Made by a program: the position numbers and the translations under genes
Notes under the pieces: model-generated
The model's database searches: none
Told to the model about the DNA's origin: nothing
What the model saw: only the letters and a program-made list of their open reading frames with translations
Shown here: piece by piece, positions 27,227 to 35,729 of the stretch
Layout: every line of letters starts with the position of its first letter
Position numbering within the stretch: position 1 is the first letter of the stretch
Assembly: GCA_963753105.1 (NCBI GenBank)
Contig: CAVWBD010000011.1
Span: 11,802 to 75,801, forward strand
DNA from: an uncultured Gammaproteobacteria bacterium
Lineage (GTDB): Bacteria; Pseudomonadota; Gammaproteobacteria; Xanthomonadales; SZUA-36
Reading direction: 5' to 3'
Length of the DNA stretch: 64,000 nucleotides

Positions 27227-29096
27227 ATGGCTTCTGTACAACTGATCACCCATCCGATGGCATTGCCGGTGGTCTTCCCATTACTGGCGGGACTGGTTTG
27301 CCTGTTGCTTCCAAACGCGGCAAGCCGTCTGCGAGCCTGTGCTGGCGGCGCTGGCCGCCGTTTTTGTCATGGCACTGGTCTGGCCGCTGTTCCAGCAGGC
27401 CGGTGAACTCTGGGATCCGTTGCCCTGGCTGAGCCTGCGCACGGATCTTCTGAGCGTATTTATCCTGCTGGGTGTGGCGTTTTTCGGGCTGGTAGTTGCG
27501 GTCTACTCGATTGGATACATGAAAGACCGTCCGCGCCAACGGGAGTACTTCACCTACCTGTTGTGGACCCTGGGCATCTCCTGTGGCGTGGTATTGGCCA
27601 ATGACCTGCTGATGTTGCTGGTGTGCTGGGGCTTCCTTGGCCTGACACTCTACCTGATGGCGGGTCTGTCGGGACCGGGTGCGGCGGAGGCCGCGCGCAA
27701 GTCGCTGATGATCATCGGTGGCTCCGATGCGCTGATGTTACTGGGAGTCCTGATCTACTGGCACCTCGCCGGTACCACCCGCATGGACGGGGCCGCGCTG
27801 GCGCTGGACAGCCCCTTGGCCTACACGGCATTTTTGACCCTGCTCGCCGGCGCTTTTGCCAAGGCGGGCGCTGTGCCATTCCACTCCTGGGTGCCCTCCT
27901 TTGGTGAAAAAGTTGATGCGCCGGTCTCGGCGTTTCTACCTGCCTCGCTGGACAAGTTACTCGGCATCTACCTGCTGGCCCGCATCGTGCTGGACCTGTT
28001 TATCCCGACGCCGGCCATGTACGGCATGCTGATGTTGCTCGGCGCCGTAACCGTTATCGCCGCCGTGTTGATGGCACTGGTACAGCACGACCTGAAACGC
28101 CTGTTGTCGTTCCACGCCGTGAGCCAGGTCGGTTACATGATCCTCGGTATCGGTACCGGCACGGCCATTGGCCTGGCCGGTGGCCTGTTCCACATGCTGA
28201 ACAACACGGTTTACAAGTCTGCGCTGTTCCTCGGCGCCGGAATGGTCGAAAAGGAAACCGGCACTACCAACCTGGACCGCCTGGGTGGCCTGGCCAAGCT
28301 GATGCCGGTTACGTTCATCGTTTGCGCAGTGGCGGCCCTGTCCATATCGGGTATCCCGCCGCTGAACGGTTTTGCGTCCAAGTGGATGATCTACCAGGGC
28401 ATCATCAGCTCCGGTGATAACGGCAGTTTTGCCTGGGTGCTGTGGCTGGCAGTGGCCATGCTGGGATCAGCCCTGACCCTGGCCAGTTTCGTCAAGGTGC
28501 TGCACGCCACTTTCCTGTGCAAGCCCTCCGCCAGGATTCGGCAGATGGACATCAGTGAAAAGCATTACAGCATGTTGTTGCCGATGATCGTGCTGGCAGT
28601 GTTGTGCGTGGTCTTCGGCGTATTCGCCTTCCAGGTTCCACTCGGACAGCTGATCTTCCCGATCGTTGAAGTGACCGTGCCCGGTGTCTGGTGGTCAGGT
28701 CTCGCAACCGTGCTGATCCTGCTGGCGGTTATCGTGGGTATCGGCCTGTACTGGCTGACGATGCGTGGCGGCAAACTGCGTCGCGTGCGCACTTATATCG
28801 GTGGTGAGCAGATGCAGGACGTGTACATCAGCAATGATGAACCGGGTCCGCAACGGCATGTCGAGGTCACCGGTGTCGACTTCTATGACACCATCGAGCA
28901 GATGCCCGGTCTGCACCGCTATTACGCGCTGATGAAGGCCCGCGTATTCGACATCTATAACTTCTTCAAACGTGTCGCCGACTACCTGGTCCAGGCCCTG
29001 CGCTCGATCCACACCGGCATCCTGCCGTCTTACTTGAGGTGGTTTGTTGCCGGGCTTTTGCTGGTGGTCTGGGTGGTCACGATGGAGGGCAGCTGA
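27227..29096 (+). CDS. MrpA/NuoL-like antiporter-type membrane subunit (frame change near 27337)
   Basis: ATG 27227 gives TM1 (MASVQLITHPMALPVVFPLLAGLVCLLLPNAASRLRA). The remaining 585 aa (VLAALAAVFVMALVW...YSIGYM...WVPS...) continue in another frame from 27339. The NuoL/M/N family fold is clear. Confidence 0.75.
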
Positions 29097-29097
29097 C

Positions 29098-29663
29098 ATG
29101 ATTGAAGTGCTTGCTTTGTTGATCCTGTTGACCGTAATCGCCGCGATCATCACGGTGCTGACATCTAACCTGCTGTACGCGGTGATCAGTGTCGGCGCGG
29201 TCGGCTTCCTGCTGGCCATCGTGTTCCTGTTCCTGTCGGCACCGGACGTCGCCATCGTGCAGATCGGTGTCGAGGTGGTCAGCCTGGTGATCCTGATCCG
29301 GGCGACCCTCGGGCGCGAGGTGCAGAGACTGAAAACCGTCCACGCCGTGGTGGGTGGTGGCGTTTGCCGTGGCCTTCGTGGCAGTGATCGGCCTGTTCGG
29401 TATCCAGATATTCAACGAATTCCCGGAATTCGGTACTTCGGTCATGCAACGATTTACCGATGCGCCATCGCTGGTTTACCTGCAAAGCGGCTCTGGCGGA
29501 AACCGGTGCACCCAACCTGGTCACCGCGGTGCTGCTGGACTTCCGTGCCTGGGACACGCTGGGTGAGGCGACCGTGCTGTTCTGCGCGGCACTCGGCGCA
29601 GTCGCGATACTGCGCAGGAATGCCCGTATCAATGCTGACAAAGAAAAGGATGAAACATCATGA
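29098..29663 (+). pseudogene. MbhD/MbhE-like (MrpA C-terminal / DUF4040 plus MnhB-type) membrane subunit, read in three frames
   Basis: Three segments lie in different frames. The first is MIEVLALL...SAPDVAIVQIGVEVV... (DUF4040-like). The second is VAFAVAFVAVIGLFGIQIFNEFPEFG...APSLVYLQ. The third is ALAETGAPNLVTAVLLDFRAWDTLGEATVLF (MnhB signature). Frame changes are at about 29350 and about 29485. Confidence 0.65.
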
Positions 29664-30172
29664 GTGCACCTCCCCGCAGGTTACGTGACAGGGGAACTGG
29701 CATGAGCATGACCGTGAAGACCGTCATGCGCTGGCTGAAAGGTCCGATCCTTCTGTTTGGTATTTACATGGTCCTGTACGGTCACATCACGCCGGGCGGC
29801 GGTTTTGGCGGTGGCGTGGTCATCGCCAGTGCCTTCATCCTGATCACGCTGGCCGCGGGCCAGAAAGAAGGCATGCGCACATTCCCGCTTGGGGTTGCAT
29901 CGCGGCTGGACAGTGTCGGTCTGCTGCTGTTCCTTGTTATCGGCTGGCTGGGCACCTGGTGGGCAGGGGGCTATTTCTTTGAAAACTATATTGCCACTGA
30001 CGAGGCAGCCCGTTTCAGTCTGCTCAGCGGTGGTGTCATCCCGCTGGGTAACCTCGCGCTGGGACTCAAGGTCGCCAGTGCATTGTTCCTGGTATTCACC
30101 GTGCTGACGGCATTTCACATCAGTGATGAAATACTCGGTATCGAGGACACACAACAGGAGGATGACTCATGA
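29660..30172 (+). CDS. MrpB/MnhB-like subunit
   Basis: YGHITPGGGFGGGVVIASAF motif typical of MnhB. The ATG overlaps the upstream stop (ATGA). An alternative start is at 29702. Confidence 0.8.
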   Translation: MSAPPRRLRDRGTGMSMTVKTVMRWLKGPILLFGIYMVLYGHITPGGGFGGGVVIASAFILITLAAGQKEGMRTFPLGVASRLDSVGLLLFLVIGWLGTWWAGGYFFENYIATDEAARFSLLSGGVIPLGNLALGLKVASALFLVFTVLTAFHISDEILGIEDTQQEDDS

Positions 30173-30516
30173 TTTATTCCCTTTGCCTGTTGTTGATCCT
30201 GATCGGGCTGTACGGCGTGATCGTCAGCCGCCAGACGCTGAAGATCGTCGTCAGCCTGCTGATCATGAACCACGGCGTACACCTGTTGTTACTGCTGATT
30301 GGTTATCGCCAGGGTGGCAATCCGCCGATCGTCGATCCGGGTGTTGCCATTGCTGATTTTGCGGCCGGTGCCGTGGATCCGCTGCCTCAGGCCATGGTGC
30401 TGACTTCCATCGTCATCGGCCTGGGTGTGCTGGCGCTGATGGTGGCCCTGTGCGTGCGCCTGTACGAGCGCTATGGAACCTTTGACGTGACCGAAATCCG
30501 GCGGCTACGGGGATAG
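30169..30516 (+). CDS. MrpC/MnhC (NuoK-like) subunit
   Basis: 115 aa, 3 TM helices, NuoK/MnhC-like sequence. Overlaps the upstream stop. Confidence 0.85.
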   Translation: MIYSLCLLLILIGLYGVIVSRQTLKIVVSLLIMNHGVHLLLLLIGYRQGGNPPIVDPGVAIADFAAGAVDPLPQAMVLTSIVIGLGVLALMVALCVRLYERYGTFDVTEIRRLRG

Positions 30517-30517
30517 T

Positions 30518-32002
30518 GTGATGTTTGGAATGAACATTGATGTGCAAACCCTGATTCCCATGTTCGTGGCCATACCACTGGGCATGGCCCTGCTGATCCA
30601 GCTGGTGGCGCGGCATCGTAAGGTGCTGGCCGAATCACTGAATATCTTCGCCATGTTGGTGCTGGCGGTGATGAGTTGGGCCACGATCGGTGGCGAGGGT
30701 ATTTATCACCTCGGCGGCTGGCCGACCCCGGTCGGCATCGACATGCGGTTGGACGCGCTGACGACGCTGTTGTTGCTGGTCGTCAGCATGGTCGGGCTGG
30801 CTGTGAGCCTGTACTCGGTTGACTACATGCGCCGATTCACCTCGCGCAGTCATTTTTACAGCCTGTTCATGCTGATGGTATGCGGCATGAACGGTGTCAT
30901 CCTGGCGGGTGATTTGTTTAACCTTTACGTGTTCCTGGAGGTCGCAGCCATCGCGTCCTACTCGCTGGTCGCATTTGGTTGTGCACACGAGGAGCTCGAA
31001 GCTTCGTTCAAGTACATCGTGCTCGGTTCCCTGTCGTCAGCCCTGATATTGACCGGCGTGGCGCTGGTCTACGGTATCACCGGTACACTGAACCTGGGTC
31101 ATATCGCCGAGCGAGTCGCAGAAACCGGGATGGAGGCGCCGTTACTGCTCGCCTTCGGTCTGTTTATCGTTGGTTTCGGTTTCAAATCTGCCCTGGTGCC
31201 GTTCCACGCCTGGTTACCGGATGCACACCCGTCCGCTCCCGCACCGGTTTCGGCCATGCTCTCAGGTGTGTTGATCAAGGCCATCGGTGTCTACGTATTG
31301 GCGCGCCTGGCGTTCAACGTTTTTGGTATCAGCGACATCGCTCTGGAAATGCTGCGCTGGCTGGGCTTGTTGTCCATGGTGGTTGGCGGTCTCCTGGCTG
31401 TCGGGCAAAAGGACATCAAGCGGCTGTTTGCATTCAGCAGTATCTCTCAGGTGGGCTTCATGGTGCTCGGATTGGGCCTGGCAACACCGCTGGGTATAGT
31501 CGGCGCCCTGTATCACCTGGTCAACCACTCAATGTTCAAGTCCCTGTTGTTCCTCAATGCCGGTGCGGTGGAATACGCAACCGGGACCCGGAACCTGAAA
31601 CAGCTGGGTGGCTTGAACCGCATGCTGCCGGTGACCGGGGCGACCTCGTTAGTCGGCTCGATGTCCATCGCCGGCGTGCCGCCATTCAACGGTTTCTGGA
31701 GCAAGCTGATCATCGTGCTGGCGTGTATCGAGAGTGGTTACTACGGTCTCGCGACCGCCGCGGTGCTGGTCAGTATCGTGACGCTGGCCTACCAGTTGAA
31801 AGTGCAGCGTATGGCCTTTTTTGCCGCCTTGCCGGATGCGCTGGCGAACATCCGGCGTGAACCGCCGATGATGGCGCTGGCGATGATCCTGCTGGCCGTT
31901 GGCTGTATTGCCTTGTCGTTCCTGATACTGAGCGGTCTGCGTGATCCATGGCTGATCGGAACGGCACAGCAGGTTCTGAGCGCCGGTGTATTTGGCGGAT
32001 AG
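30518..32002 (+). CDS. MrpD/MnhD (NuoM/N-like) antiporter-type subunit
   Basis: 494-aa polytopic protein with FKSALVPFHAWLPDAH...ISQVGFM... motifs of the proton-conducting membrane transporter family. Confidence 0.9.
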   Translation: MMFGMNIDVQTLIPMFVAIPLGMALLIQLVARHRKVLAESLNIFAMLVLAVMSWATIGGEGIYHLGGWPTPVGIDMRLDALTTLLLLVVSMVGLAVSLYSVDYMRRFTSRSHFYSLFMLMVCGMNGVILAGDLFNLYVFLEVAAIASYSLVAFGCAHEELEASFKYIVLGSLSSALILTGVALVYGITGTLNLGHIAERVAETGMEAPLLLAFGLFIVGFGFKSALVPFHAWLPDAHPSAPAPVSAMLSGVLIKAIGVYVLARLAFNVFGISDIALEMLRWLGLLSMVVGGLLAVGQKDIKRLFAFSSISQVGFMVLGLGLATPLGIVGALYHLVNHSMFKSLLFLNAGAVEYATGTRNLKQLGGLNRMLPVTGATSLVGSMSIAGVPPFNGFWSKLIIVLACIESGYYGLATAAVLVSIVTLAYQLKVQRMAFFAALPDALANIRREPPMMALAMILLAVGCIALSFLILSGLRDPWLIGTAQQVLSAGVFGG

Positions 32003-32011
32003 GAGAAAGGA

Positions 32012-32566
32012 TTGGAAATGAATAAGTCAGCTAATACTTTCGAGCGGAAACCCATCATAGAACGGTTGGTATTGTTCGTACTGTCCTTTGCGTTCTGGAT
32101 CATGCTGATATGGCCGGTGACGTCGGCCGATGGGCGCCTGCTTACCGGGGATATCGCTGTCGGTGTATTGGTGGCCGCGTTCGTGGCCCTGATCATGCAC
32201 AACATCATCCGGGTCAAGTTCATCCGCCTGGTCAATCCCGTCAGCTGGTTCTGGGCGTTTGTTTACATGTTCGTGCTCGGCTATTACGTCATCAAGGGCG
32301 GCATTGACGTCAGTTACCGTGTTTTGCACCCGCGTATGCCGATCCGGCCCGGCATCGTGAAGGTCAAGAGCGTGCTCAAAACCGACACCGGCAGATCGGT
32401 ACTGGCCAACTGCATCACGCTGACACCGGGTACGTTGACGATCGATGTGACCGATGACGGCATTTTTTACATCCACTGGCTCAATGTGCTCAGCCTCGAA
32501 GAAGAAGAGGCTGCGAAACACGTCTTGAGGCGTTTCGAGTGGTATATCCAACGGATTTTTGAATAA
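32012..32566 (+). CDS. MrpE/MnhE subunit
   Basis: ANCITLTPGTLTIDV motif and overall MnhE layout. Confidence 0.85.
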   Translation: MEMNKSANTFERKPIIERLVLFVLSFAFWIMLIWPVTSADGRLLTGDIAVGVLVAAFVALIMHNIIRVKFIRLVNPVSWFWAFVYMFVLGYYVIKGGIDVSYRVLHPRMPIRPGIVKVKSVLKTDTGRSVLANCITLTPGTLTIDVTDDGIFYIHWLNVLSLEEEEAAKHVLRRFEWYIQRIFE

Positions 32567-32575
32567 GGAGCCATC

Positions 32576-32851
32576 ATGTTGACAATGGAATTCCTGTTCC
32601 CGGTACTGACAGTTGGCCTGCTGATTTGCTGCGCCATGTGTTTGTATCGCATCGCCAATGGCCCCATGGCTTCAGACCGGATGGTGGCGATCGATATTCT
32701 CGGCACGGTAGTGGTCGGGTTTGTCGCTATTATCACCGCGCTAAGCGGCAGGACCTACTTGCTGGACGTCGCCCTGGTTTGGGCGCTGGTCAGTTTTGCA
32801 GGCACCCTGGCCCTGGCCAAATACCTGGTGGGGAAACGACTCAATGAATGA
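32576..32851 (+). CDS. MrpF/MnhF subunit
   Basis: 91 aa. ...RIANGPMASDRMVAIDILG... is the MnhF signature. Confidence 0.85.
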   Translation: MLTMEFLFPVLTVGLLICCAMCLYRIANGPMASDRMVAIDILGTVVVGFVAIITALSGRTYLLDVALVWALVSFAGTLALAKYLVGKRLNE

Positions 32852-33200
32852 AACGATCGGATTGATACTGTTTGTAATTGGTGTGCTGTTCGACCTGTTC
32901 GGCTGTGTCGGGCTGGTGCGTTTGCCGGATGTCTATAACCGCATCCAGGCATCGACCAAGTGCGTGGTGCTGGGCACGACATTCCTGCTGCTTGGGACCA
33001 TGGTCTGGGTGGGAACTGCCGCAGCCATCATCAAGGGCCTGCTGTGTATCGTATTCGTGTTGATCACGTCCTCGACCGCGGCACACGCCTTGTCCCGTGC
33101 TGCACACCGCTCAGGTGTGCCGCTGGCCGAAGAAAGCATTATTGACCGGTACGCCGATGACATGCAGGCCGAGCCGGGTCACGAGGAGGGCGCGTCATGA
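32844..33200 (+). CDS. MrpG/MnhG subunit
   Basis: MNETIGLILFVIGVLFDLFGCVGLVRLPDVYNRIQASTK is the MnhG signature. The start overlaps the mrpF-like stop. Confidence 0.85.
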   Translation: MNETIGLILFVIGVLFDLFGCVGLVRLPDVYNRIQASTKCVVLGTTFLLLGTMVWVGTAAAIIKGLLCIVFVLITSSTAAHALSRAAHRSGVPLAEESIIDRYADDMQAEPGHEEGAS

Positions 33201-33808
33201 GACTGCCCGCGTTCATGCAACCGAGAATCCTGAAGCAGGCCGTCAAGGCCGCATTTTCACCCGCATTCACGACCAAGTTCCCGGCCGAGCCATATGAACC
33301 GCAGGAAGCCTTCCGTGGCCGTCCGCGTTTCCATGCCGATGACTGCACCGGTTGTGGCGCCTGCGCCGAGGTGTGTCCGCCGAAGTGTATCGATGTAATC
33401 GACGACATCAGCGCCTCGCCGCCAAAACGTGTGCTGGTGCAGCACCTCGATGCCTGCATCGTTTGCGGGCAGTGTGAACGTTACTGTCCGACCCAGGCGG
33501 GTATACGCATGAGCCTGGAGTGGGATTTTGCCGGCTTTGGTCCGGCGGATTTCGAAGAACGTGTTGAGAAGGAGCTGGTGCTGTGCGAGGTGTGCGGTGA
33601 CGTATTGGCGCCGGCTGACCAATTGCGCTGGTTGGCAGAGAAGTTGGGTCCGACCAGCTTTGCCAACCCCACGCTGTCCATGTTTGCCGGGCAGAAGCTG
33701 GGCTACGTAGAGCAGGGGGTACGTAGTACCTCTGCTTTCACGATCCGGGCCGACCGCATGGCGATCCAGTGCCCGAAATGTAAACGCAGGACGGCACGTG
33801 CCGCCTGA
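33197..33808 (+). CDS. NuoI/HycF/MbhN-like 2x[4Fe-4S] subunit with Cys-containing C-terminal extension
   Basis: CTGCGACAEVCP and CIVCGQCERYCP motifs, with extra CEVCG...CPKC in the C-terminal part. ATGA overlap with the mrpG-like stop. Confidence 0.85.
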   Translation: MRLPAFMQPRILKQAVKAAFSPAFTTKFPAEPYEPQEAFRGRPRFHADDCTGCGACAEVCPPKCIDVIDDISASPPKRVLVQHLDACIVCGQCERYCPTQAGIRMSLEWDFAGFGPADFEERVEKELVLCEVCGDVLAPADQLRWLAEKLGPTSFANPTLSMFAGQKLGYVEQGVRSTSAFTIRADRMAIQCPKCKRRTARAA

Positions 33809-33842
33809 GCCAAATTTTTAACCAGAAAAAAGAGAAACAGAA

Positions 33843-34322
33843 ATGGATAAAGTCGTTGTTGACCAGTTGAGCAGTTTTGTGGGTAGCCACGTTTGTGTCA
33901 TGGGTATCGGTAATCGGCACTGGCACGATGACGGTGTCGGGTCCTATATCGCCGAGGCCCTGGATGAGTGCGCGGAACTGGATGTTATCGATGCCGGTTT
34001 TATACCCGAAAACCACCTCGAAGAAGTCGCTGCCAGGCACCCGGATAGCATCCTGATGGTTGATGCCACGGACTTTGGTGGTGAACCGGGTCAGACACGG
34101 CTGATTTATCCCGAAAAAGTTGCCTATTCAGGTGTCTCCACCCATGCCGGCTCACTACGCATGTTGGCCGAGTATATGCACCAGCGAACCCACGCGCCGG
34201 TTGCGCTCCTGGCCATCCAGCCGGAGGATACCAGTGCCGGGGAAAGCCTGTCTCCCGCCGTGGCTGAAACCTTCCGTGACCTGATGGAAAATCTGCCGAA
34301 AGCATGCTGTAAACACACCTGA
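33843..34322 (+). CDS. hycI: hydrogenase maturation endopeptidase (HycI/HyaD family)
   Basis: VMGIGNRHWHDDGVG..., ...IDAG...P, ...MVDATDFGGEPG..., ...HAGSL are conserved protease motifs. 159 aa. Confidence 0.85.
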   Translation: MDKVVVDQLSSFVGSHVCVMGIGNRHWHDDGVGSYIAEALDECAELDVIDAGFIPENHLEEVAARHPDSILMVDATDFGGEPGQTRLIYPEKVAYSGVSTHAGSLRMLAEYMHQRTHAPVALLAIQPEDTSAGESLSPAVAETFRDLMENLPKACCKHT

Positions 34323-34349
34323 AAGGCTGACGCTGGGCTCAAATTAAAG

Positions 34350-34386
34350 GGGGTCAGGTTCAATAAACTTGGTTGAACCTGACCCC
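34350..34386. repeat. GGGGTCAGGTTCA-type palindromic element, copy 4
   Basis: GGGGTCAGGTTCAA-taaacttgg-TTGAACCTGACCCC, between the hycI-like stop and the asnA start. Confidence 0.85.
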
Positions 34387-34451
34387 GGTCATTTTCTTTG
34401 CGAATCCGCAGACTAAAATGGCTACACCATCGCACTACAAGGAAAATTTCC

Positions 34452-35591
34452 ATGAGTAAGCACATCGATTCCAAGGTCGCTGACCTGGCTGGACCAGGCA
34501 TCAGTACGTACGAGGAAGTTGAAAAAATCCTGCCTGAAGGCTACACACCATTGCAGACTCCGATGGAGCGCATGAAAGCCTTGTACATGGTCAAGGAATA
34601 CATTGAAAAAGGACTCGCAGACGTACTGAACCTGCAACTGGTCCAGGTGCCGCTGATCGTGTCAAAGGACAGCGGATTTAACGATATGCTGGATCGTGAC
34701 GGCTCCCGGACACCGGTTGAATTCCCGGCCGGCCTGGGCCTGGACAAGCGTATCGAGGCACAGGTCGTACAGGCTGCCACCAAGTGGAAACGCGTTGCGT
34801 TGAAACAGTTTGACTGTCAGCCTGGTGAGGGCATCAATACCGATATGCGTGCCATCCGCAAGGACTATTTCCTGGATCACGACCACAGTTCCTACGTGGA
34901 CCAGTGGGACTGGGAACAAGTCATTACGTCTGATCAGCGCAACCTGGATTACCTGAAGGACGTGGTACAGAAGATCTGGAAAGTCATATATGGTGCAGGC
35001 CAGATGGTGCAAGAGGAATTCCCGGTCCTGAAATCCGACAAGTATCCGAAAATACCGGAAGAGCTGGTATTCCTGCACGCCGAGGAAATCCTGAACATGT
35101 ATCCCGACCTGCCGCGCAAGCAGCGGGAAACCAGGATCATCCAGGAATACCCGGCGATCTTCATCACCGGTATCGGCTGGCCGTTAAAGGACGGCTATCC
35201 GCACGAGATGCGTGCTGCAGATTACGATGACTGGATCACTGAGACCGTTGATATCGATGGCGAAGTGGCCCACGGCCTGAATGGCGACATCCTGGTCTGG
35301 AACCCGGTCACCAAGCGCCGCCATGAGCTGACTTCGATGGGTGTCCGCGTGACCAAGGAAACCCTGGTCCAGCAGATGAAGATGGCAGGCCTGGAATCAG
35401 ACCTTGAATTGCCGTATCACCAGGCGATATTGAACGACGAAATTCCGCTGAGCATCGGTGGTGGCATCGGCCAGGCCAGGACTTATATGTACCTGTTGCG
35501 CACTGCCCACCTCGGTGAAGTTACGGTCACCATCTGGCCGGATCAACTGAAGGAGATTTGCGCGAAGAAGAATATCCACGTGCTCGAATAG
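34452..35591 (+). CDS. asnA: aspartate--ammonia ligase (asparagine synthetase A)
   Basis: Strong resemblance to AsnA: HSSYVDQWDWEQV, MRAADYDDW, GLNGDILVWNPV, ELTSMGVRV, IGGGIGQARTYMYLL. ATG 34452 is preceded by AAGGAAAA. Confidence 0.9.
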   Translation: MSKHIDSKVADLAGPGISTYEEVEKILPEGYTPLQTPMERMKALYMVKEYIEKGLADVLNLQLVQVPLIVSKDSGFNDMLDRDGSRTPVEFPAGLGLDKRIEAQVVQAATKWKRVALKQFDCQPGEGINTDMRAIRKDYFLDHDHSSYVDQWDWEQVITSDQRNLDYLKDVVQKIWKVIYGAGQMVQEEFPVLKSDKYPKIPEELVFLHAEEILNMYPDLPRKQRETRIIQEYPAIFITGIGWPLKDGYPHEMRAADYDDWITETVDIDGEVAHGLNGDILVWNPVTKRRHELTSMGVRVTKETLVQQMKMAGLESDLELPYHQAILNDEIPLSIGGGIGQARTYMYLLRTAHLGEVTVTIWPDQLKEICAKKNIHVLE

Positions 35592-35615
35592 CAAGCCCCA
35601 ATAGCACGTGTGTTG

Positions 35616-35649
35616 AAGGGAGTTGCCCGTCCGGGTAGCTCCCTTTTTT
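35616..35649 (+). terminator. rho-independent terminator after asnA
   Basis: GGGAGTTGCC-cgtcc-GGTAGCTCCC imperfect hairpin followed by TTTTTT. Confidence 0.6.
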
Positions 35650-35729
35650 CATAGGACTATTTCGATATTAATCAGAATATCCCCCCTGGCTGCGCCGGGT
35701 ATTCCTTCCCGGGACCCGCCGTGAATACA

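Noticed and set aside
30979-31860. 293-aa + strand ORF in an alternative frame of the MrpD-like gene
   Set aside because: It is an R/G/P-rich out-of-frame translation. The annotated frame gives a canonical antiporter-like subunit.
24093-33808. Interpretation as a respiratory complex I (nuo) or as a stand-alone Mrp antiporter operon
   Set aside because: There are no NuoA/E/F/G/J equivalents. The NuoD-like protein keeps the four Ni-Fe cysteines and a protease-cleavable tail, and a HycI-type protease and hypA are attached. The mrp genes are flanked on both sides by hydrogenase genes with overlapping stop/start codons.
11508-34386. Possibility that the recurring palindromes form a CRISPR array
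   Set aside because: The copies are kilobases apart and separated by ordinary genes. They are hairpin-forming, and there are no cas genes.
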